A stretch of DNA of 64,000 nt from a virus. Made by a program: the position numbers and the translations under genes. Shown here one piece after another: positions 42,429 through 52,264 of the stretch (position 1 is the stretch's first letter; every line of letters starts with the position of its first letter). The stretch is taken from positions 17,008-81,007 of the IMG/VR virus record IMGVR_UViG_3300020125_000051. The stretch is one strand, 5' to 3'. The notes beneath the pieces were generated by a model that saw nothing but the letters and a program-made list of their open reading frames with translations, did no database searches and had not been told where the DNA came from.

Positions 42429-43298
42429 TTACTTTTCCTTTGTAAAGGGAACCGGGAATGGCTCACCACTACGCCATGAAATGGCACTACGACGTGTTCC
42501 ATTGACAAAATCATTCCAGGTTTTGATATAGTAAGCAAGATGCAAAACGGCATCTCTTCTAACACCAGTAGTACCCTTTGACCTAATTAGGTAATTTCTA
42601 AGTACTAGAATTGGACTATCCTTGGTTAGATTCTCGCCTGTTCTAAGCGATTCCAAGAAATCTTCATGCTGTCCTTCTGGATAAGCACGCTCACACACGT
42701 AATATCCTACAGTAGCGGCAGATGCAATCATGCCAACACCTACTAGTGGTGTACAATATGGAAGATATTCATCAATTCGAGACATCTGAACAGTTTTGAG
42801 AATCTGCTCGTTTGGTACCTTAACTCGCTTCCAGAACTTAAACTCATGCTCATCAAACAAGTAAAGCAAACGAGCACAAGCGGCTAGATGGAGTTGATTT
42901 GCATATCCAGCGATTGCAAGAATTTGCTGTGCAGACCGCGCAAGACCCATATCTAGATATTTGAAGATATCTTCATCTAGACCCCAAGTTACTTGGAATT
43001 GAATCTTAATCTTCGGTTGTGGTGGATATACGGTATCACCTTCGGTTGCACCTTCTTCGGCTGCCTGCACTAATGCAAGTAGTCGATGCTGTCCATCCGC
43101 CAAATGAGCTTTCTTGTTAAAGCCAATGCCTTGATGAGTTAGGCGCCAATTTCCCTTAAGCATTTCAAGTGCATAATTGTTTACTATTCTTATACTAACT
43201 GGTCGGTTTGTGCCATCTACTCCACGCTCGTAGGGTAGATTAGCTGCAAGAAATTCTTTAGCCTTATTAACGTCTATTACTGTAGTTTCTGTTTTCAC
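42429..43298 (-). CDS. ParB/Srx-like N-terminal domain protein
   Basis: NR.....V..YA..M..G.W and LADGQHRL.A motifs. Confidence 0.75.
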   Translation of the reverse strand: MKTETTVIDVNKAKEFLAANLPYERGVDGTNRPVSIRIVNNYALEMLKGNWRLTHQGIGFNKKAHLADGQHRLLALVQAAEEGATEGDTVYPPQPKIKIQFQVTWGLDEDIFKYLDMGLARSAQQILAIAGYANQLHLAACARLLYLFDEHEFKFWKRVKVPNEQILKTVQMSRIDEYLPYCTPLVGVGMIASAATVGYYVCERAYPEGQHEDFLESLRTGENLTKDSPILVLRNYLIRSKGTTGVRRDAVLHLAYYIKTWNDFVNGTRRSAISWRSGEPFPVPFTKEK

Positions 43299-43506
43299 TA
43301 TTTGTACTCCATGTACGCATTAACCAATAAATTGTAGTTCTGCCTATTCCAGTCATCATAGCTAAACCTGTTACTGGTTGAGTTTTTGCGGCTAGAACGA
43401 ATAAATTTGCAACTTGTTCTCTGGCTTCTATAACTTCAGTTTCTGCTGTCTTTAATCGATTTACCGCCTCCATAAGAGCCTGATTAACACTCATATTAGG
43501 CTCCAA
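43267..43506 (-). CDS. Small HTH protein
   Basis: VTGLAMMTGIGRTTIY helix-turn-helix pattern. Confidence 0.65.
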   Translation of the reverse strand: MEPNMSVNQALMEAVNRLKTAETEVIEAREQVANLFVLAAKTQPVTGLAMMTGIGRTTIYWLMRTWSTNSENRNYSNRR

Positions 43507-44221
43507 AATTCTTGATTATATTAGTTGAATTGACGTTTAGCCAGGAATACTGAAACCAAGCACGAGTAGCTGTGGTACTAATACCACCAGATAGTGGATT
43601 ACCAAAATTCAGATAAGCATTGTTTGCTGAAATTGGATTAGCCATGCCCTCTATGTATATCTGAACATTTTGTTCGTGCCGCTTTTTTGCTGCTTCTTCT
43701 TCTTGCTTTTCTTTTGCCCAAGCCAGAAGTTCCTCATCTGGTGGGAAGTTTTTGCATAATGTAGCAAAATTATTATAAAATGGTATATTATATACGTGCG
43801 CAACATCTAACAATGTTGTAAATGCCGGATCTGAATGCATTGGAAATCGAGCTATTGCTAGTATTTCTGCTTTTTCGGCTCGGAAACCTCTAGTACCTCT
43901 AGCAATTGTGCCAGTACCTTCAACCACACCAATTACCAAATGATCAGTGCTTAAACTTATACTACCGTAGGCTAAATCAGCTAAATCATCTGGTGAGTAT
44001 CTAGCATAAAAACCACAGGTACATTTTGGCTCGAATTTGTGATTTGCAATTTCACCACATACAGTGGTGACTTTATTACACATTGCGTGATTCAGTCCTG
44101 GCTGCCAAGTATACCCAGCATTAATGGCATGTAAACCTGTCGCATTGACATGCCAAAACCGGTAGCCACGTAAGCTACCGGCAACTAGTGGTTTATCATC
44201 ACTATACTCGTTCGAGGACAA
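43496..44221 (-). CDS. Hypothetical protein (G.R.W...CTCGFYA...GTRGFRA)
   Basis: Long ORF with SD AGGAGG. Confidence 0.65.
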   Translation of the reverse strand: MSSNEYSDDKPLVAGSLRGYRFWHVNATGLHAINAGYTWQPGLNHAMCNKVTTVCGEIANHKFEPKCTCGFYARYSPDDLADLAYGSISLSTDHLVIGVVEGTGTIARGTRGFRAEKAEILAIARFPMHSDPAFTTLLDVAHVYNIPFYNNFATLCKNFPPDEELLAWAKEKQEEEAAKKRHEQNVQIYIEGMANPISANNAYLNFGNPLSGGISTTATRAWFQYSWLNVNSTNIIKNFGA

Positions 44222-44353
44222 TGGGTTCCTCCTGAGGTACTTTTTCTAACCGCTCAGGTTCTACAGGTGCAGGAGTAGCATCTAGCTTTTCATAAACTGC
44301 AACTTGAACTACTTCTCCAATGTCACACATTTCATTCCTTTCTAAATATTATG

Positions 44354-44425
44354 TGGACCAGGCAGGAATCGAACCTACGACACGAAGATTAAGAGTCATC
44401 TGCTCTACCATTGAGCTACTGGTCC
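44354..44425 (-). tRNA. tRNA-Lys(CTT)
   Basis: Cloverleaf; anticodon loop CTCTTAA. Confidence 0.92.
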
Positions 44426-44486
44426 AATGTTAGCCTACTGCCATGATCATGTCAATAGCCTAACATACATTGATTAATTTAAATAC

Positions 44487-44975
44487 TTAAAACCATGTGT
44501 AGTAGTCCCAGCGCTTTTCATACATAATAAGCGATGGTACGTAATTAGCTTCAATTTGATGCTTCCACATTAGCATTCGGCCAGTTCGACCGTTACCATC
44601 AACAAATGGATGTATATGCTCAAACCTTACATGTTCATGAATTGGATCTAAGGTGAACCAATTCAACATGTGTGTCAGCCAATCATCCATTCTTTCTTGA
44701 ATTTCACGCCAATGTGGACACATTCTGCCACCAACAGTAACATTGTTGACACGGTATGATCCTGCGCCACCAGTTCTAGCCGGTAGTAGATTCTTCATGA
44801 TAAGACCATGAAGATGGAGAATCATTTCTCCGGTAAATGGCATTGATTGCTTAATAAGCCATTGCCATGCGACTAAGCTTTGTTCTATTTCTCTTGGATC
44901 TGTAACACTCTCGATTAAATTCGATTGCGTGATATGTTCACGCATATCGAACTCACTCATCATCGTCGTCGTCAT
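44487..44975 (-). CDS. Fic-domain protein
   Basis: Intact HPFVDGNGRTGR motif. Confidence 0.9.
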   Translation of the reverse strand: MTTTMMSEFDMREHITQSNLIESVTDPREIEQSLVAWQWLIKQSMPFTGEMILHLHGLIMKNLLPARTGGAGSYRVNNVTVGGRMCPHWREIQERMDDWLTHMLNWFTLDPIHEHVRFEHIHPFVDGNGRTGRMLMWKHQIEANYVPSLIMYEKRWDYYTWF

Positions 44976-45319
44976 CTGGATCCCAACCTAGTTCATCTTC
45001 GATTTCTTGTTTAGCTTCATAAAACTGTTCTTTGGCATAGATATCATCCATTTTAGATTGAACACGTATGGGTTCAATACCAAGTACTAGTCTTTCGTAG
45101 TTCATCTTAGATGGCTTACGACATCTACTACAAACCCACAGACCTGATGAAACGTCTAGCGTAAAACCATCTTGTTTCTGCCATACACCTCTGATGATAC
45201 AGTTACACCACGGGTGGATGTTCATTTCCAGTCTGTACACCATCAATAATGTCCAATTCTATTTTTGCCCAATAAGTTTTTGTAGTTCTAGTGTAATGAT
45301 CAAATCTACTTTCAACATG

Positions 45320-45392
45320 CACCCGTAACTGGATTCGAACCAGCAACCTCATCCTTAGAAGGGATTTGCTCTATCCATTGAGCTATACGGGC
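45320..45392 (-). tRNA. tRNA-Arg(TCT)
   Basis: Cloverleaf; loop CTTCTAA. Confidence 0.92.
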
Positions 45393-45539
45393 TTTTTATT
45401 TAGCATTGCAATTTGTTCTTTACGCAGTTTATTGTCTGGCTTATGACCTTTTGCATAACCATCACATTTGTTGCTACCAAGTTCATCTTTCCATTTAGTG
45501 CCATCCCACCAAATATCAATGGTACATTGCACACATTCT

Positions 45540-45848
45540 CTAGGTTTCTGTGTGCGTGACATTTTCAGGCAAACCTACTAATCTTCTCAATCGTCTAACT
45601 TCTTCAATCGAAAGTACATTTGGTATTACGTAACGACTATTTCTACACAATTCTTTACATTCAGCGCAACGACAACCGTGAGTTTTGTAACAAGTTAAAC
45701 TTGGATGGATGTGTTGTAACACCTTTGGCTCAGATTTTCCGAATTTTCGCTTTTCTCTTTTTGTCGAGGCTAATTTTTTACATTCTATACAACGACAACC
45801 ATGACTCTCATAACAAGTCACGCTTGGGTGTCTATGTGGAAGTCCCAT
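45540..45848 (-). CDS. Protein with two H....CY..HGCRC..C Zn motifs
   Basis: Internal duplication of the motif. Confidence 0.7.
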   Translation of the reverse strand: MGLPHRHPSVTCYESHGCRCIECKKLASTKREKRKFGKSEPKVLQHIHPSLTCYKTHGCRCAECKELCRNSRYVIPNVLSIEEVRRLRRLVGLPENVTHTET

Positions 45849-45996
45849 TTTTTGGTTCCCGTGCTCTCGGACGTGTCAAAATAATTCCGGCCCGCTCGCG
45901 CTTCCTAGCAGCCGTGTTGAGCGCGCGGCACGCGACACATCGGCAGCCATGTTTCTTATAGCATGTTTCACTAGGATGTTTGTGTTTTCTTGGCAC
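45832..45996 (-). CDS. Small CRC-motif Zn protein (GTG start just after tRNA-Leu)
   Basis: HPSETCYKKHGCRCVAC; the upstream part of the track ORF overlaps the tRNA. Confidence 0.65.
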   Translation of the reverse strand: MPRKHKHPSETCYKKHGCRCVACRALNTAARKRERAGIILTRPRAREPKNGTST

Positions 45997-45997
45997 G

Positions 45998-46070
45998 TAT
46001 GGATGATGGGAGTCGAACCCATAACTAACAGTTTTTGAAACTGTTTCCTCTTCCATTGGGATACATCCAT
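45998..46070 (-). tRNA. tRNA-Leu(CAA)
   Basis: Cloverleaf; loop TTCAAAA; short variable arm. Confidence 0.9.
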
Positions 46071-46345
46071 ATAACCAACAGACAGCTAGAATACGTAACG
46101 CATCCAACCCGGTGGCTGCCTGTTGGAGTATTCAATTTGTTTTACATCCAGACGAAGTCATTTGGGTCGAACATTTTTCCTCATCCTTTCTACTAATTTT
46201 TTGGTGGTGGGGACAGAGCCGACCTGATCACCTTCATTGTAGCTCAGACAGATACTCTCAACTAATAGCGCTATTTATTGAAAATAGAGCTGAACAGCCT
46301 ATGACACTACAATGTTATCCCCTTATTACATCGGCTAGGGCACCG

Positions 46346-46416
46346 CTCCATGACCTAGGTTCGAACTAAGACTACCGCATCCAGAGCGCAGCGTGCTACC
46401 ATTACACCATCATGGA
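46346..46416 (-). tRNA. tRNA-Gln(CTG)
   Basis: Cloverleaf; loop CTCTGGA. Confidence 0.9.
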
Positions 46417-46994
46417 ATATTTAGTTATTCTGGTTCATAGAAATCACATTCAGGATCGCCTGGATCACATTCGTGTCCACAATAATCACAAGCTACATCA
46501 TCTGCTTGGATGTGTCCATAGCCAGGTTCACGCTCCTGTGGTGCTTTGGGATTGACTGGCAATGGTGGACTCTGATTTAAAGTATTGTGCTTACAGATAC
46601 AACACTCTCGACACAAAGGCATACCCATGAGCATGTACTCTTCGTCTCTACAGATGTAGCAACTTACATAATAAACTTTGGGTTGTGAATAAATATTAGG
46701 TGATTCTAGCATCCAATATGCTGGATCGCTAGATTGCATTTTCATAGTACATCCAAATCTGTAATATCTGGAATATGTTTATTTGGCACAATGCCCTGTT
46801 CATGATGAATTATAGCAACTTCAACTAACTGTTTTAGAATTTGTACTTCATCCCATGGTAACTGCAACATCTTGGCATAACCCTTTTTGTCACTCCATAA
46901 TAAAGCATATACATTTGGGTTTCCAGCACGTTCAATTAAGTCTACACTTTTATTGCGAACTCTATCACTGAAGAGATTTGTTTGCTTATCCACG

Positions 46995-47067
46995 AGCCGA
47001 CAGGAGGAATCGAACCCCCGACATTCTCATTACAAGTGAGACACTCTTCCAACTGAGTTATGCCGGC
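46995..47067 (-). tRNA. tRNA-Thr(TGT)
   Basis: Cloverleaf; loop CTTGTAA. Confidence 0.92.
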
Positions 47068-47078
47068 ATATTAAGTTA

Positions 47079-47624
47079 TTATTCCATTGCTACAAGATAA
47101 TCCTTCGGCAAATTCCAACCTAGAAGTGCAAGCCGGCGAATGCCATTTTTAACCATACCACTTCCTTGACCATTCATTGGTACGTTAGCTTTGGCATCAA
47201 CTAAAATTGCACTAAACTTATTTTGTCCCTCGGACGTCATATATTGTACAGTATTGTGTAATACCACAACAATAGATGCACCTGAGATGGTCCAACGCTT
47301 AGTTGGCATTAACTCTTTACGATTATCTTCGTAATCATTAACATGAACATGTGGAGTTGGACAATGAATGTCACAACTGCGGCGATCAAATTTAGTAAGT
47401 GGTCTTTGCGATTTTGGCTCTACTTTTTGTCCTGTTAGAGTACAAAGACGATTTACTATTTCAAGTTGTCTAGTATCTACATATAAACTTACCTGTGGTG
47501 TTTTGCGTGCTGCGTGTGTCTTCTTGGTAATACCAGCCTTTACTTCTATTACGGCTGCAAACCAAGCAAGTTCACCAATTGTCAAGTTAGGATTTTCTAT
47601 TACTGTATTTTTTCTTATTGCCAT
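47079..47624 (-). CDS. LAGLIDADG-like protein, degenerate motif
   Basis: ELAWFAAVIEVKAGI resembles the LAGLIDADG helix and is followed by the typical beta/alpha pattern. Confidence 0.5.
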   Translation of the reverse strand: MAIRKNTVIENPNLTIGELAWFAAVIEVKAGITKKTHAARKTPQVSLYVDTRQLEIVNRLCTLTGQKVEPKSQRPLTKFDRRSCDIHCPTPHVHVNDYEDNRKELMPTKRWTISGASIVVVLHNTVQYMTSEGQNKFSAILVDAKANVPMNGQGSGMVKNGIRRLALLGWNLPKDYLVAME

Positions 47625-47625
47625 G

Positions 47626-47699
47626 TACCAGCGATGGGACTCGAACCCATAACCACCAATTTATAAGATTGGCTGCTCTAACCATTAGCATACGCTGGC
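47626..47699 (-). tRNA. tRNA-Ile(TAT)
   Basis: Cloverleaf; stem CCAAT/ATTGG, loop CTTATAA. Confidence 0.88.
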
Positions 47700-47721
47700 T
47701 CAGCCCTTGCGGGCCTTTGTG

Positions 47722-47796
47722 TTATTTAGTTGGTTTCGGTGGTGGTGGCGGCGGTGGTTTCGGTGGACGTGGCAATGGGTTGTCAATCGGTGTCAT
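47722..47796 (-). CDS. Proline-rich micropeptide, 24 aa (MTPIDNPLPRPPKPPPPPPPKPTK)
   Basis: Translated by hand; SD AGGA. Confidence 0.6.
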   Translation of the reverse strand: MTPIDNPLPRPPKPPPPPPPKPTK

Positions 47797-47801
47797 AATT
47801 C

Positions 47802-47894
47802 CTACTTAGTTGGTTTCGGTGAATTTGGTGCCGGTCTTGGATCTATTGGTTTAACTGGATCTCTCGGTGGATATGGTGGATTTGGATTTGTCAT
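47802..47894 (-). CDS. Proline-rich micropeptide, 30 aa (MTNPNPPYPPRDPVKPIDPRPAPNSPKPTK)
   Basis: Translated by hand; same PKPTK end as its neighbour. Confidence 0.6.
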   Translation of the reverse strand: MTNPNPPYPPRDPVKPIDPRPAPNSPKPTK

Positions 47895-47895
47895 G

Positions 47896-47966
47896 CTGAA
47901 CCACTAGGATTCGAACCTAGATTCATGGAACCAAAATCCATTGGCCTGCCGTTAGCCGATGGTTCA
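47896..47966 (-). tRNA. tRNA-Gln(TTG)
   Basis: Cloverleaf; loop TTTTGGT. Confidence 0.9.
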
Positions 47967-47977
47967 ATGCTATTGCG

Positions 47978-48050
47978 TGATCCATCTCGGGCTCGAACCG
48001 AGGACATGCGGATTAAAAGTCCGCCACTCTACCAACTGAGTTAATGGATC
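47978..48050 (-). tRNA. tRNA-Lys(TTT)
   Basis: Cloverleaf; loop CTTTTAA. Confidence 0.92.
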
Positions 48051-48058
48051 TCTCATTT

Positions 48059-49563
48059 TCATTTGTATTTCTTAGGAAGATAGGAAGTCATATTTACTTC
48101 CGATGCTATACGTACCCATTTATTATGGATAGCACGTAATTCACTTTCAGTAGCACGCGGTTCGTTGATATGTGCATCTAGAAAAAACTGCCAAATTTCA
48201 GGATAGTTTTTCCCAATGCACGCACCAGATTGCATGTTTGGCATTATGAACCTACTTTACTTCCATCATCTTGCCAATAAAATTCACCATTAACACCCAC
48301 TGGTCGATGAACACCACAGTGTACACAATAAGTGGCGCCATAGAAACCAGGATTACGCGCGTAAGTTTCCGCAATCGGTTGACTCATTCTTGTTTCAGTA
48401 CCACAGTACTCGTGGATATAAGTACGTCGTACTGGACGAACGAATCCTTTAGCTCTTTCTTCCTCAGAAAGAACCAAATAAATTTCTGCTTGTGGAATAG
48501 CTGGACCATCTAATGATTCAGCACCATGTGTGAGGCGCGGGTCATTAGGGTCTGAAGTTACATTACCCATCAGAATGCATCCCAAAGTGCAGAGTGACGA
48601 TGAGGGAAATTCTGGAAATCATAATCTTCTAATTCCTCAATAGGCATTTTTAGCATTTCACTTGCTGCTAAACGCCACCGAGTGCGATCTTTACCATTTG
48701 CTTTAGCGCGATATACTTGCTCACTCTTTGGACGACCATAGATACCACTAGTGTAGTAATGTTCTCTGGTGAAGTTAAATTCACACCAGTACTGTACACC
48801 ATCAAAATCACAAACACCCTTACGGTGATCGTGGTCTTCCACTCTCATCTGTGGGTTTTGCCGAAGCCTAACTTCCCACGGAGTAGTCTTATCGGTTTTA
48901 GACATGTTAGTTTGCACCAATCTGCAAACTGGACCATCCAGTTTACTATAACATGTCTTCTCCTCTCCTCATAAGCATCACCTGATACATGATACTCACA
49001 ATCATCTTTCCAACAAAGATTGTCGGATCCATATAGTTTAGAGCTAGCTTCACAACTATTTGCTATTGGTACTGAATAAACTTCTGGCTCAAACTTAAGC
49101 ATAACACGACTGGTCCGATTTGACAAGCCGTATATAACGTTACCAAGCCACTCAAATCGGGATAATTGGGACATAACGCCACAGCACGGACAAAAGCGAT
49201 GCCAAATAAACTCATATATTGGCATCCACCACGGTACTCTAACAATCGCTAGTTTGTCACCATCTTTATGTGACAAGACATGAACTTGTAACATATGTCC
49301 TCCTCGGACCTAGATACTGTTCATGTCTGTTTCCTTTCTGCTTGATTCGGAGTTAACTTCATACACCATAAACAAAAATCATGTTCTGGACGACCACATT
49401 GATCTGCTTCTGGACTATGACCGAAGAAGAAACAAATAGTACTTTGAATTCGATCATAGATCCAACCCAAAGAGTCGACTGTTCTAGTAGATTTTTCAAA
49501 TTGATCATATCTATGTTCAAACCAGAACATGATTTTTTGTTGAAATCTTTCTTTCTTATTCAC
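48059..49563 (-). other. Run of small hypothetical ORFs (48059, 48244, 48570, 48845, 49321)
   Basis: Abutting - strand ORFs, several Cys/His-rich. Confidence 0.55.
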
Positions 49564-49564
49564 G

Positions 49565-49635
49565 CTCCACCACCAGGATTCGAACCTAGATCAACCGATT
49601 AACAGTCGGTCGCACTGCCCTTGTGCTATGGTGGA
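49565..49635 (-). tRNA. tRNA-Asn(GTT)
   Basis: Cloverleaf; loop CTGTTAA. Confidence 0.92.
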
Positions 49636-49642
49636 ATGATCT

Positions 49643-49978
49643 TTATATTTTGAAGAAACTTTTTATCTTTACGATAATGTCATATAATATTTCTTGGTTT
49701 TGAACTTGAAATTTAATTAGTTTTATTACGCGCCACCAAATTACAAAAGCAATGGCGCCAATTACTATTGTCCAACCTTTAATAGCATCCATTCGTTCGA
49801 GGTGTGGAGCTACAAGTGAATAAATGAATGCTACCGCAAGCGCTAACATGAAGAAGAGTACATGCTTACCCATAGAATCACGCCATGGTTTTAACAGCGC
49901 GTACAATATGCAAAACGTTACGAATCCAGCAACAACAATCCAAACCAGAATCATCAACACAATCTCAGGGAGAGCCAT
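49643..49978 (-). CDS. Putative holin-like protein with three TM helices
   Basis: Three hydrophobic helices; Y.....PW....G..V pattern. Confidence 0.6.
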   Translation of the reverse strand: MALPEIVLMILVWIVVAGFVTFCILYALLKPWRDSMGKHVLFFMLALAVAFIYSLVAPHLERMDAIKGWTIVIGAIAFVIWWRVIKLIKFQVQNQEILYDIIVKIKSFFKI

Positions 49979-50210
49979 GGTTATTCCTTCTAAGCATGCT
50001 GTCGTTCATGGCTGCTGTAAAACTATCTACGCGGTACTTCACACGTCGAGCGCTCGCTACAGCTTTTGCTAGTTCTGGTAATTGTTGCTTTGTCTCAGCC
50101 AATTTTGTTTGGGCATTTTGCAATTTCTCATCTACTGAATCCTCATCAGTAAATGATGCTGCGGATCTCTCGGCTATCTTACGTTTTGTTAACCAATTCC
50201 ATAGCTTCAT
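49965..50210 (-). CDS. Small coiled-coil protein of lysis-cassette type
   Basis: Coupled between two membrane-protein genes. Confidence 0.55.
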   Translation of the reverse strand: MKLWNWLTKRKIAERSAASFTDEDSVDEKLQNAQTKLAETKQQLPELAKAVASARRVKYRVDSFTAAMNDSMLRRNNHGSP

Positions 50211-50521
50211 TATAAAACCTTCTCAACCGTTTGTGGCGGTAAGGCAGCTATCATTCCTTGCGCCCGGGAGACCTCTAGAATCTGTTCTATTTTTGAAGCT
50301 AGTAAATCATTTCGTTCATCTTGCAGTTTGTTAATTGTTTCAAGCTTATCGATGTATTTGTCTTTGTCTTGCAAAGACCTTTCATATAAAGCAACTATCT
50401 TATCTACTGCTGATTTTGTATATATTGCACCACTTCGAAGACCCAGGAATAAAAGAGCCAGAAATGCACCAGCCATGCCAAATTGAAGCCATGGCACAAT
50501 GTCGATGCCATTCGGTCCCAT
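50210..50521 (-). CDS. Single-TM coiled-coil membrane protein
   Basis: N-terminal TM helix, G.IYT, then coiled coil. Confidence 0.6.
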   Translation of the reverse strand: MGPNGIDIVPWLQFGMAGAFLALLFLGLRSGAIYTKSAVDKIVALYERSLQDKDKYIDKLETINKLQDERNDLLASKIEQILEVSRAQGMIAALPPQTVEKVL

Positions 50522-50591
50522 TTTTGCCTCATCTTGAATTGGTGCTCAACCGACCCCTCAGAGATTACGTCATAAAGGGCCGGCGAGACAA

Positions 50592-50849
50592 CTAATCAGC
50601 ACCATTTAATACCTCATAGCACTTCTGACAATCAAAATACACATCGTTGTCAGGATTTTGTGCATCTTCTAATGTGATGGCACGATCGCCCATGACCGCA
50701 TCACCACAGAAGCTGTTCATTGTTTCTAAGTTAATAACATGTGTAGTTGGTTCATTAATTTCTGTCATGTTATTCCTTAATTGAGGTTCTAATTGTCCAG
50801 GAGTTTCCCATGGTAATGCATATCTCCATGCTGGGTTCCTAGTAATCAC
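50592..50849 (-). CDS. Hypothetical Zn-binding protein
   Basis: H...CG...FDCQKC pattern, similar to 18241-18417. Confidence 0.55.
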   Translation of the reverse strand: MITRNPAWRYALPWETPGQLEPQLRNNMTEINEPTTHVINLETMNSFCGDAVMGDRAITLEDAQNPDNDVYFDCQKCYEVLNGAD

Positions 50850-50850
50850 G

Positions 50851-50922
50851 GTTCCACAGTAGGATTCGAACCTACACTATCACCGTTACCGGGCTGCCTC
50901 TACCAATTGGGCTATATGGAAC
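50851..50922 (-). ncRNA. tRNA-like RNA lacking an anticodon loop (CCG-GTAA-CGG tetraloop hairpin)
   Basis: Intact acceptor, D and T arms; truncated anticodon arm. Confidence 0.75.
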
Positions 50923-51060
50923 TTTATAGGATATGGTTACTGTTCGTTTCGAGTTGCTTTCAGTGTATACCCTAGCTGACCCTGACGAACCTGACCCATT
51001 TACTCATCTACCATCGTGGGATTTAAATCGTCGACTCCCACTCCCTCACCATATCTTACG

Positions 51061-51133
51061 CGATACCGACGGGATTCGAACCCGCATAATCCACCGTGAC
51101 AGGGTGGTGCACTGACCATTATGCTACGGTACC
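51061..51133 (-). tRNA. tRNA-Asp(GTC)
   Basis: Cloverleaf; loop CTGTCAC. Confidence 0.92.
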
Positions 51134-51477
51134 TTATTTAGTTATTTGCGAATATCTATCTTATGAGAACGCAATCTGGCAACTACTGAGTTTCTAGTCC
51201 AAACTATGCCAGTTGAATTAAAATCATCTATTATTTCATTAATGACTGCGTTACGCACATTAGCTTCAATACGTGTATGATAAGCAGCTAGTACAGGTTC
51301 CATGGCTTCGATCATTTGTCCACCGACACCTGCAAAGAAATCCGCCATAGCAGATGCTTCTTCGGGAGTAAGTGTGCCATTCATGTATACACTTGCTAGG
51401 AACTTATTACGAATTGCATCGTGCGATACAACAGTCATCTTAGTTCTTCCTGTGGTGTTTATTATTGATGGTACATG

Positions 51478-51550
51478 TGGAGAATATCGGATTCGAACCG
51501 ATCACCTCTGCCTTGCAAAAGCAGCGCTCTACCAAATGAGCTAATCCCCC
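51478..51550 (-). tRNA. tRNA-Ala(TGC)
   Basis: Cloverleaf; loop TTTGCAA; G3-U70 pair. Confidence 0.92.
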
Positions 51551-51644
51551 AATGACATATTGGGTGTGGTCCCATACCAGAATTCTAAACCCCTATCCAC
51601 AAAAGGGGTACTCTTGGCAGCGGTGCATATGTCAGACACCTCAG

Positions 51645-51725
51645 TGGGCATGGTTGGTATCGAACCAACTTTGCGTTATACGCATCGGTTTTACAGACCG
51701 ATCCCTGGACCTCCAGGACACACCC
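51645..51725 (-). tRNA. tRNA-Tyr(GTA), atypical short D loop
   Basis: Loop CTGTAAA; long variable arm; D arm CCTGG-AGGT-CCAGG. Confidence 0.8.
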
Positions 51726-52186
51726 ATATTCAATTATTATTCTCTTGATTTATTATTTGGATGTTCTGGACATTTATATTGATGTTCGAATCCGCGACAA
51801 CCTAAGCAATCATTGAACCAAGCTTCAATGTATCCATACCATCCACCTTTAGATCTAGATATGGTAGCATCTATCCTTTTAGCATTAGTGAATTCATCTG
51901 ATCTGATAACAACAGATACAATCGAAGACATTTGTAAGAATGTTTCGGTTGGTTCATCGCTGTACCATTCGCCCCATGTTCCATCTTTTATTATTCTTGT
52001 AGCCATGTCGGGATATGCCTCAGTTCCCATCTAGCATTGGCTGATGCTCTCTTACAATCATCACATCTACAACCATATCTATACTTAGTTGTAGTTCCAT
52101 GTGCAGGATCTCCATATTCTTTTTGTTCTAGCTTAGTTCTCATTGGCATTGTAATAATCTCCAATGCTATACATATATACAATTTT

Positions 52187-52264
52187 TGGTCGGGATAGTA
52201 GGATTTGAACCTACGGCCCCTGCGTCCCAAACGCAGTGCTCGTACCAAACTGAGCTATATCCCG
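52187..52264 (-). tRNA. tRNA-Pro(TGG), CCA encoded
   Basis: Cloverleaf; loop TTTGGGA. Confidence 0.93.
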
